Below, piece after piece: positions 18,801-24,875 of a DNA stretch of 31,067 nt; the stretch's first letter is position 1, and each line of letters opens with the position of its first letter. The notes beneath the pieces were generated by a model. It was given only the letters and a program-made list of their open reading frames with translations. It was not told the origin of the DNA and searched no databases. Source of the DNA: a virus (taxonomy: Duplodnaviria; Caudoviricetes). The position numbers and the translations under genes were made by a program. The DNA lies in IMG/VR virus record IMGVR_UViG_3300042318_000318, positions 1 through 31,067 of that record, one strand, 5' to 3'.

Positions 18801-18846
18801 TGCAGGTTGTCAACCAACAACTACAACTACTACAACCCTTCCTTAA
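12814..18846 (+). CDS. Tail stabilization/muzzle protein, N-terminal part, with Cys-rich insertion and a ~510-aa modular Thr/Cys C-terminal extension (2010 aa)
   Basis: GLNMD...YALNA...NEQGN start, IYWTDGFNPRRYLDI, GGELKAGTVQFAIQY, GYLRDEVYAFEIVF, FGGDTFISRF, GYVGSQN and SWVSFHSYIPNFY recall the crAss stabilization (P22 gp10-like) protein; size and synteny agree. Confidence 0.75.
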   Translation: MAEEKEQGNIRLEYNNATVGLNMDQTLNQIKPGTLTYALNAALENFDASSVNYQNEQGNELCVNFPQGFTLIGNHFISEQSKHIFFITNPNTGDSQIGYMDNNDCIYHILVNALCLNFNTKYPIQKTVHKITNCTTEIYWTDGFNPRRYLDINNIPYIIDPAFDLCNPEYTDQVDCNQLKIQPNFSIPELSISDVITGGELKAGTVQFAIQYCDAAGNSFTSYYSITNPTPIVDPFITTVNYNYTVGKSVVVDITNLDISGQYQYYNLAVITTVNAITSVQLVGTYFIENDTDQVVYTGQNVDSIRLTIADIFEKFPYYDIAQDVTAVQDILVWDNLTSIDRLNYQSIASQINLKWQTYRVPKDENYSDELNATNLRGYLRDEVYAFEIVFLLKNGKQTDGFHIPGRVITPQEQALPNIPVTDNDFIGEPEPNTNYSPYWKIYNTASVIGPATGDPIGNATPYEYGEFAYWESTEEYPCNVDVWGDLAGQPIRHHKFPDVLVSPIFENPIYVYSGTQVVPVMQNDAVLPIGVRVDIGEISKLIIDSELTAEQKDDIVSFKIVRGDRGTNKSIIAKGILRNVGSYVRQDQTLYYPNYPYNDLNADPFLNSSNNAYNQISSPWLVICTVSGTVQFNDPNTNQTGTKDMVAGQTLEFCSTTRPTTLTGVATIGPANFDSYFISGCRGCRGYRANWASPFTSDNTLFTLFDPWIDGNSAIFGGGCSTEQAIVNVGGNTGDDCDNPWYRVCKCNAVSDLEPQEIQPLGVVNFNRSRRSSLNCGVQTPVPAFTGGILNYRQIFNSPETSFGQPFLGDVLKLENVMFGAGRAHFVQVKSNAKYKLLTEDAQRDALNSSRDLASITSPFNAGAMFTAYQAYLTIYTNGITRKNYAYSYNSIANYDYSGDIDNNLGIKQRTIDFARYLIPGVQSVGEPGGINVNNYERESSVYIKTIQDREGNPVTALEFPSKTPSLVVAGNSIITDVSRRTISSSGVCNAPGKEKPISVVSYYASMKNSFVNQWGQMYSYVTIDTGFQRKVNPISLEIATVFGGDTFISRFTFKTKLPFFIDNRVNAPDDSDIFYDEIGNIAYPKYWHSARSILKDYTVGGVVMSNLISYKANNFDCPNYNPVTGVMNAPSGSNRTFYDGFFYLFAYGIPNFYCESSYNLDLRQAFNNREGDYWPHVSTGIPDEWVQEDFVSIANDNTYTYNVTFSKQNKENTFTHLPADWTSQFCYTYYPFRAIYSDSQIVDADNRVNNWLTYRALSYYDFPQNYGGLISLDGIQNKAVLARFENKSLMYNNLLTVNTSNPQAAYLGNPNLFAGAPPIDFAETDLGYVGSQNKMLLKIPQGQVTVDAKRGQVFLISGTQAVDLSAFGSGMNRFFTDHLAFEILRYFPKVNTDNNFTGIGLHGVYDSKFDRVILTKLDYIPVDTDVVYDPISQEFYVEDLVNGVVLRTQVYVTDPDYFCNKSWTISFNFNTKSWVSFHSYIPNFYIGENNFFYSGINGCCDDVSFEALVGNLIPATTTTSTTGVPTTTTTSTTGVPTTTTTTTVLSCGLAGTGVITVPPPPTTTTTTICSRPAGLNLYGFYTGYQVGTDPPVVSTGSLSEACAAITFTASTSVTMTGFSVNAANLLIGDTVYYGVSTDCTLAPDGWYFTDESEAEEFAYHVVGGIVTEISSCQTGTTTSTTTLVPGIPTCCGIIFSEGNVITLLNTDGSLSTLSVPGYTSSYGIELTSDKLFSISTQIKEWNITTSPFSAVFSRNVALPVGFTTASGISSLSNTVLIAVDSSTSPQEVVQLDITTATAVSTTIFTLQTDRVAVSNPLYASSNKLLILNQDSVTSTYYLTQYDYATYVIDLDIDLGSVVPTSLFSCNCSTFVTDTNGDIYIVNSAAPYELIFTSVLGIVPNSAAQSNACVICSLTDNGNLTTTTSTTALIEHFCYRVQVTNTCQISWIDYSNVSQTQVVSNNTIYICAKENSVTSACTAGSSVAITGGITLCTSTAGCQPTTTTTTTLP
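17383..17435 (+). repeat. 33-bp tandem duplication in the muzzle Thr stalk (TGVPTTT x2)
   Basis: ACAGGTGTTCCAACAACTAC occurs at 17383 and 17416. Confidence 0.8.
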
Positions 18847-18856
18847 ATATTAAAAT

Positions 18857-19723
18857 ATGTCAAAGATTATAACAATAAAATTAACAATATCTGGACCAAG
18901 TGTTGGACCATTTAATATCAGCGATCAGTTTGGTAATGTTATTGCTATAGATGTACCTAAGAAAACATTGGTTAGGGGAGTTAGTTATGTAGTGAATGAT
19001 GACGTTAGTATTATTGTAATTGAATCTACAGGAAACTGTAAATTTATAAAGAGCTATTCTCTAACTACATTTGATATTATAGAATATGCTGAGGCAGGAT
19101 ATATACAAACTACTACAGCTTGTATATGGAGACACTTAACTAACATAAGACTTTATAATACATTCTATGGAAAAATAGATCCTTATATCATTGAGTATCC
19201 ATTTACTTATAATTTCCAAGACGAGATCTTGCAGAATGTAAAAGACTATACTAAGGCATATGAATATTATCCTATACAAGATGGTGTGTTTAATGACAAC
19301 ACAAGAATAGAAACAAATGATAAATGGTTTAACAAAGCTGTCTTATATAATGGACAACAGAGTTCTGGAATACTAGAGCTTGTAGCTAAACCTCTTCATA
19401 ACTTAAAGGCTTACTTGCAATATCCTATATTCAATGCTGAGAGCAAAACTATCACTTACACTAAGAGTGATAACTTCTATCAGTATAATACATTCTGGGC
19501 TACAGAGAAAAGTTCTCAGGTTCCATTATTTAGAACAACTTGTGAAAGTCTTTCTATTGATAAGGTGGTGAATCAAGAGAATATGGACTATGGTCCTAGA
19601 AGCTTTAAGAAAGCAACGCTAAGAGCAAAAGAATTAAAAGTAAGACATATACTAGATAACACATCAACAACGCATCTAGTGTCTCAATTCATAGTAACAC
19701 CTGCACAAATATCTTATAAGTAA
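18857..19723 (+). CDS. 'GPFN' domain fused to the probable C-terminal part of the stabilization/muzzle protein (288 aa)
   Basis: First ~69 aa align with the GPFN domains. The remainder (IWRH...YNTFYG...YIIEY...FNKAVLYNGQQSSG...LRAKELKVR) resembles the C-terminal segment of crAss-like stabilization proteins. Confidence 0.6.
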   Translation: MSKIITIKLTISGPSVGPFNISDQFGNVIAIDVPKKTLVRGVSYVVNDDVSIIVIESTGNCKFIKSYSLTTFDIIEYAEAGYIQTTTACIWRHLTNIRLYNTFYGKIDPYIIEYPFTYNFQDEILQNVKDYTKAYEYYPIQDGVFNDNTRIETNDKWFNKAVLYNGQQSSGILELVAKPLHNLKAYLQYPIFNAESKTITYTKSDNFYQYNTFWATEKSSQVPLFRTTCESLSIDKVVNQENMDYGPRSFKKATLRAKELKVRHILDNTSTTHLVSQFIVTPAQISYK

Positions 19724-21009
19724 TGAGTAGTGGTAAAGTAAAATGCACATGTGGATGGTCATGGAACAAATCTGATTCTAGTAAGAAAGATATGTACATA
19801 TGTCATGAGTGTGGTAGAGATAATTCTAACAACATGAAGAATGGTGGTGATATATTACAAGCTCAAGTTGGAAAAGTAGTACCACCAAAAACAGAAACAG
19901 AAATAGATAGAGCTAAAAAAGTTGCTAAAAAAGTTGCAGGTACTACTGGAATAGGGATGGTTCTTGATCAATTTCCTGGAGTAGAAACTGCTTATGATGC
20001 ATATAATGTAATAGATGCTTTTGGAGAGGGAGATCCTATGAAGATTCTTCCAAATATGTTAGGTGCTTTAATTCCTGGAACTGCAGGTAAATCTTTTGAA
20101 GCTGTTACAGATGAGTATTTACCTAAGACTCCAAAAAAGGAAAAAGAAAAAATGAAAGCTGTTTTAAAAGGTAAAAGAGCTACACCTGAACAAATGAAAA
20201 AAATACAAGAAAGTGTTGATTGGTCAGGAGGATTTAAAAAATTATATGATGATGTTGGTTCTTTATTTGAGAAACCTTCGTTGATAGATAAAGAAAAAGT
20301 TATTAAATATTTTAATACTAATCGTAAAGATCAATTAGAAAACGGAGGATGGTTAGATAACTACAATGATTCAGAAACATCTGTTCCTGAAGGATATGAA
20401 GGAGAAGGATATTCTATGAAAGGTAGAGATTATTCTCCTGCATGGGGTGGACAGTTTCAAATGGGTGGAGAAGTCTATCCAGTTAACTATGTTCCTGAAG
20501 CACAGATGGGTGCTTCTATTCCAGGAGCTGTAGGTTTCTCATATGCACGTACACAATCTCCTGCTCCTAGTAATGGGAAGTATGCAAAGAAAACAATGGC
20601 TAGTGCACAGAATGGTAAAGAGATGCAATACTATCAGAATGGATTAGATTTTAAACCTAAGAGTATTAGTAAGAATGGATCTTGGTTATCTAAATATGAA
20701 GATAAAGAAGTTATTAAAGATGATAGAGGACAATGGGATCATCCAGGAGAGATAACAGAAATCAATTCTAATGATATAACAATGCAAGGAGTTCCTTATG
20801 ATGTCCTTGGTGTATCTGATACAGGGGATACAAAACTAATGAAGCCAGGAAAGAATTATAAGTTTAAGGGTAAGAAGGTAACAGAATATCCTATGGCTCA
20901 AAATGGATTAAGGCAAGAACAAAAAGGTTTGCAGAATCTAGATAATCTAACTAACTTTACAAATTATAATAAACCACAACCAGGAGGCTGGCTAAACAAA
21001 TACAATTAA
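19723..21009 (+). CDS. Putative virion cargo protein with N-terminal Zn-ribbon-like motif and repeated xNG/xxGG motifs (428 aa)
   Basis: CTC-x16-CHEC at the N-terminus; three WLxxY repeats; compact domain GQWDHPGE..ITMQGV..VLG..MKPG..YKF..VTEYP; TAATG overlap with the upstream gene. Confidence 0.55.
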   Translation: MSSGKVKCTCGWSWNKSDSSKKDMYICHECGRDNSNNMKNGGDILQAQVGKVVPPKTETEIDRAKKVAKKVAGTTGIGMVLDQFPGVETAYDAYNVIDAFGEGDPMKILPNMLGALIPGTAGKSFEAVTDEYLPKTPKKEKEKMKAVLKGKRATPEQMKKIQESVDWSGGFKKLYDDVGSLFEKPSLIDKEKVIKYFNTNRKDQLENGGWLDNYNDSETSVPEGYEGEGYSMKGRDYSPAWGGQFQMGGEVYPVNYVPEAQMGASIPGAVGFSYARTQSPAPSNGKYAKKTMASAQNGKEMQYYQNGLDFKPKSISKNGSWLSKYEDKEVIKDDRGQWDHPGEITEINSNDITMQGVPYDVLGVSDTGDTKLMKPGKNYKFKGKKVTEYPMAQNGLRQEQKGLQNLDNLTNFTNYNKPQPGGWLNKYN

Positions 21010-21010
21010 T

Positions 21011-24000
21011 ATGAAGGCACAAATTTTAAAAATAGCAGGAGTTAAATCTGAAAAGGAGTTCTACAAGAAATATCCTTCAGAGGAAGCATTCATGAAACAA
21101 CATGGTAAAGCTTTTAAGAAAGCTCAGTTTGGAACCTATATAGGTGGAGACACTAATGCTGCTCCTAAGATGATTAGCTTTAGTGATTCATATAATGATT
21201 CAGATAAGATGGTCACAGGATCCACAGATGAAGAAAGACAAAAAAGACAATTAGCTATTCAACAAGCTGCTGCATCACAACCAAAAGGTGGTGGTGGTGG
21301 TGGAATGGATATGGGAAGTATGATGGGCATGATGGGTGGAGAAGGTGAAGAAGGTGGTAGTGGTGGTGGAATGGATGGCATCATGAGCATGTTTGGTGGT
21401 GAAGGTGGTGGAGGAGAAGGTGGTGGAGGATTCATGGAAATGCTTGGAGGTATGTTTGGTGGTGGAGCTAAGTATGGAACTAGTATTCCTAAAGCACAAG
21501 GTGGTCAAACACTTGGTGCTGTTCCTGAATGGTATCAAAATAATCAAACAGGATTTCAAACAAACTATCAACAACCTCAACAACCTCAGCAAACTTATGC
21601 TGGTCCTCAACAACAACCAGTACAAGGAGTTCAAAGTAATTTACAACCTGCAGGGTTAGCAAAAACTCCTCAACAACCAGGTCCAAGTGCACCAATGCCT
21701 ACAGAACAAGATCTTAGAGGTGCTCCACAAGAAGACAAAGGTCTTTCAAGTAAACTTGGAGGATTAACTAAAATGATGGGACCATTAGGTGGAATCATTG
21801 AAGGGATAGATGCATTAAAAGAAGAACAAGAAGCAGTTAAACGTGCAGAGCAAATGAAACAATTAAGTGCTCTTACATTAAAAGCTTCTACAACTAGACC
21901 TGAACAGAAAGAAAGAAAATATGTACGTCCTGAAGATGTAGCAAATACTGGTGAAGCATTCTTTCCTGTATATGGTGTAGGTACAAACGTACTTGCTAGA
22001 AATGGTCTTAGATTACAAAGTGGTGGATCAATAGGAGGTAATCCTACAGAGATACAGAATACATATGGTGATGGTAATTCTATATATGATGATCTTGAAT
22101 ACTCTCCTTTGATTGATGAGAATCAACAAAAATCATTTTACTATGGTGGTGGTATTCCTAAAGCACAAAATGGAATGGATAGATGGTCAAATTCAATGAA
22201 TGGTGGAGGAAGTGGATTCTCTGGAGCTGGTGAAGGAGGAAGTCCTTGGGGAGCAATATCAACTCAAGCTACAGGAATAGGACAAGGTATGATGGGTGGT
22301 CAAAATGCTGGTGGAAAAATTGGTGGCACTGCAGGTAAAGCAATAGGTAGTATTTGGGGACCAGTAGGTGGAGCAATTGGAGAATTTGCAGGAGGTATGA
22401 TAGGAAATGCAGTGGATACAAATGCCAAAGATATTAAAAAGAAAAATGAGGCTACGCAAAAAAATATTCAAAATCAAGCATACAATCAAATGGCTCCTGG
22501 CATACAAGCTGGATATGCATCACATTTGAGAGATGGTGGTTATTTAAATCCTGAATATAATCCACAAGTGATCGCTATGTTTGGTGATCACAATGCTGAT
22601 GACTTTGCTGACTATGCACATAAGTTTAGAGCTGGTGGACATTTAAAAGAATACACTGCTCCTAGTGAAAGAGCTATGCAAACTTATAGAAATGGTGGAG
22701 GAGTTAAATCATATGGACTAGGTGGAGAGTTAGAAACACATTGGGGTGGAGGAGCTGAAACTATTTCATATAATCCTTATCTACCAGGATCTGGAGAGAC
22801 AGTTATGTTTAGAGGTAAGAGTCATGAAGAAAGATCTCCTAATGGAGAAACAGGAATTGGTGTTACCTATGGTGGTAATCCAGTAGAAGTTGAAAGAGGA
22901 GAGCCTATGGTTGAATTAGAAGAAGGTGGACAGTTAGATCCTCAAACAGGAGAAGCACAAAAGTCTGGTGTTGTATTTGGTAACTTACAGATACCTGATC
23001 AATACATAGATCTATTAGGAGATAAAAATGCTAAGGGTAAGAAGTTTAAAAACTATGTTAATGATTTATCAAAATCAGAAGCTAAGTATAACAAGTCTAT
23101 AGAGAAATCTACAAATGAATTAAATGCATTAGATGTATCTTCAAGTTTTGATAGATTAAAATTATCTTCTCTTCAAGCAAACATCAATGGATCTAATATG
23201 AAACTTAAAGATATTGCTGATAAGAAAATAAAAGCTGCAGACTTACAGAATGCTATCAATGATACAGCAGAAGAAAATGGATTAGTTGCTGATGATCTTG
23301 CTAGAGGTAAAATTAAAATAGATGAAAAAGCTATGGAAACAAGAGAAGCTAGATGGGGAGATGCAATAAGAAAAGCTGCAGATGGTGCAACTACCACAAC
23401 AGAAAAAACCACTGCTAAACCTACAGAGTTTACATCTACAAAAGCAGCTAAAGCAGCAGGCTTTGTACAGGATGCTAATGGTAATTGGTATAAACCAAAA
23501 GAAGGAAAGAAAAAAACTGTAACAGAAAAGAAATCTGCTAGTGCTATGGATTATATTCCTAAGCAATCTGCAGATAAAGAAACTGGATTATATGGTGGTG
23601 TTACACCAGAACAATTCAAAGCATATAAAGAAAAAAATAAATGGTATGATTGGACTGGATTTGATCCAAAGAAACAAGAGGATGTAGATAAATATAGACA
23701 AGCATTTAATATTGAATCTGAGAAAAGAGGATCAAAAGCTCGAATGTTATCAGATGAAATTGATCCTAAAACAAAACTGCCAAAAGAAAATGGTAAAACG
23801 AAATGGGTTGGAAAACAATTTGTAAGTGCTAATATAGAAGATGTTAAAGAAGAGGAACCAGGTTATGATGCTCAAGAAGTTGCAACGGTTAATGAAGTAC
23901 CTACCACTCCTGTTCCTTATAAAAGAAACAAATGGATTGATTATGGAAATCAAGCACTTGAATATTTAAGACCTAGTGATCAAGAACCATTTGATTATAA

Positions 24001-24763
24001 TCAATTAATGGGAGAGATGTATGCTATGTCTAGTAATCAATTAGACCCTGTACAAGCTCAGTTATATAAACCAGAGATTGGTGTTCCTTATGATATATCG
24101 TATCAAGATCAATTGAATGAGAATCAAGCAGATTATAATGCAGCACAAAGAATGATGGGATACAATCCTGCAGCTCTAGCTAACTTGAATGCTCAGAAGT
24201 ATCAAGCTAATAGTAAAGTGTTAGCTGAACAATTCAGAGCTAACCAAGCAATGAAAGATCAAGTGTACACTGGTAATAGAAATACTCTTAATCAAGCTAA
24301 GCTTGCAAACTTAGGTATATTAGATAAGCAATATGAAAGACAAGCAGAAGCTTTATCTAATACTAAAGCAACAGCACAAGCTGCCATTAATTCTATCTCT
24401 GATAAAATGGCTAAGAACAAACTTGAAAATAGAACTCTTGGTATCTATGAGAATCTATACAAATATAGATATGATAACAAAGGAAGAGCAATCAATATGA
24501 ATCCATTATTTCAAGCAAATATTCCTGAGGTTGGTACTGGAAAAGTTACACAAGAACAAGTTCCTGTACTTGATGATAAGGGCAATATAGTTCGTTATCA
24601 ATTGCGAGTAAGAACTCCAGAAGAAATAGCTGCAGCAGAACTAGAAAATAATCCTCAAGCACTACCTTCATTGGCTACACCAGGAATAAACCCTAATGTA
24701 CAAACAAAGACCAAAAAGAATTCTAGAAATGGATCAATAGTGAAAGCTATTAAAAATTTATAA
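21011..24763 (+). CDS. Large cargo/ejection protein, crAss cargo-like (1250 aa)
   Basis: Gly/Met- and Gln/Pro-rich segments, glycine-zipper stretch (22310-22414), GKSHEE...EVERGE motif (22808-22903), Q/N/A-rich helical C-terminus; position after the muzzle gene. Confidence 0.6.
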   Translation: MKAQILKIAGVKSEKEFYKKYPSEEAFMKQHGKAFKKAQFGTYIGGDTNAAPKMISFSDSYNDSDKMVTGSTDEERQKRQLAIQQAAASQPKGGGGGGMDMGSMMGMMGGEGEEGGSGGGMDGIMSMFGGEGGGGEGGGGFMEMLGGMFGGGAKYGTSIPKAQGGQTLGAVPEWYQNNQTGFQTNYQQPQQPQQTYAGPQQQPVQGVQSNLQPAGLAKTPQQPGPSAPMPTEQDLRGAPQEDKGLSSKLGGLTKMMGPLGGIIEGIDALKEEQEAVKRAEQMKQLSALTLKASTTRPEQKERKYVRPEDVANTGEAFFPVYGVGTNVLARNGLRLQSGGSIGGNPTEIQNTYGDGNSIYDDLEYSPLIDENQQKSFYYGGGIPKAQNGMDRWSNSMNGGGSGFSGAGEGGSPWGAISTQATGIGQGMMGGQNAGGKIGGTAGKAIGSIWGPVGGAIGEFAGGMIGNAVDTNAKDIKKKNEATQKNIQNQAYNQMAPGIQAGYASHLRDGGYLNPEYNPQVIAMFGDHNADDFADYAHKFRAGGHLKEYTAPSERAMQTYRNGGGVKSYGLGGELETHWGGGAETISYNPYLPGSGETVMFRGKSHEERSPNGETGIGVTYGGNPVEVERGEPMVELEEGGQLDPQTGEAQKSGVVFGNLQIPDQYIDLLGDKNAKGKKFKNYVNDLSKSEAKYNKSIEKSTNELNALDVSSSFDRLKLSSLQANINGSNMKLKDIADKKIKAADLQNAINDTAEENGLVADDLARGKIKIDEKAMETREARWGDAIRKAADGATTTTEKTTAKPTEFTSTKAAKAAGFVQDANGNWYKPKEGKKKTVTEKKSASAMDYIPKQSADKETGLYGGVTPEQFKAYKEKNKWYDWTGFDPKKQEDVDKYRQAFNIESEKRGSKARMLSDEIDPKTKLPKENGKTKWVGKQFVSANIEDVKEEEPGYDAQEVATVNEVPTTPVPYKRNKWIDYGNQALEYLRPSDQEPFDYNQLMGEMYAMSSNQLDPVQAQLYKPEIGVPYDISYQDQLNENQADYNAAQRMMGYNPAALANLNAQKYQANSKVLAEQFRANQAMKDQVYTGNRNTLNQAKLANLGILDKQYERQAEALSNTKATAQAAINSISDKMAKNKLENRTLGIYENLYKYRYDNKGRAINMNPLFQANIPEVGTGKVTQEQVPVLDDKGNIVRYQLRVRTPEEIAAAELENNPQALPSLATPGINPNVQTKTKKNSRNGSIVKAIKNL

Positions 24764-24786
24764 CTAATTTAATTATAAAGAATTAC
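24756..24786. promoter_or_regulatory. Conserved palindromic upstream element, copy 2 (overlaps the upstream stop codon)
   Basis: ATTTATAACTAATTTAATTATAAAGAATTAC, 29/31 identical to 9303-9333. Confidence 0.7.
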
Positions 24787-24815
24787 CAGAATTGATTATT
24801 AATTTTGGTAATTCT
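24779..24815. repeat. 37-bp near-perfect inverted repeat overlapping the -33 box
   Basis: AGAATTACCAGAATTGAT-T-ATTAATTTTGGTAATTCT: 18-bp arms with two G-T mismatches. Confidence 0.75.
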
Positions 24816-24835
24816 AATAATTCGTATTACATTTG
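24804..24835 (+). promoter_or_regulatory. Bacteroidota primary-sigma-type promoter (-33/-7), consensus match
   Basis: TTTG (24804-24807), 20-nt spacer, TACATTTG (24828-24835); 40 nt upstream of ATG 24876. A 6-bp hairpin CATGTA/TACATG (24843-24859) sits at the predicted transcript 5' end. Confidence 0.8.
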
Positions 24836-24875
24836 CTAACCCCATGTACACACTACATGAATAAAAATAAAGACT

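Noticed and set aside
17320-19120. Intron or intein explaining the interruption of the muzzle gene
   Set aside because: The intervening DNA encodes modules shared with other fibre genes, with a normal stop and start. No homing endonuclease, intein terminal motifs or group I/II intron features were seen.
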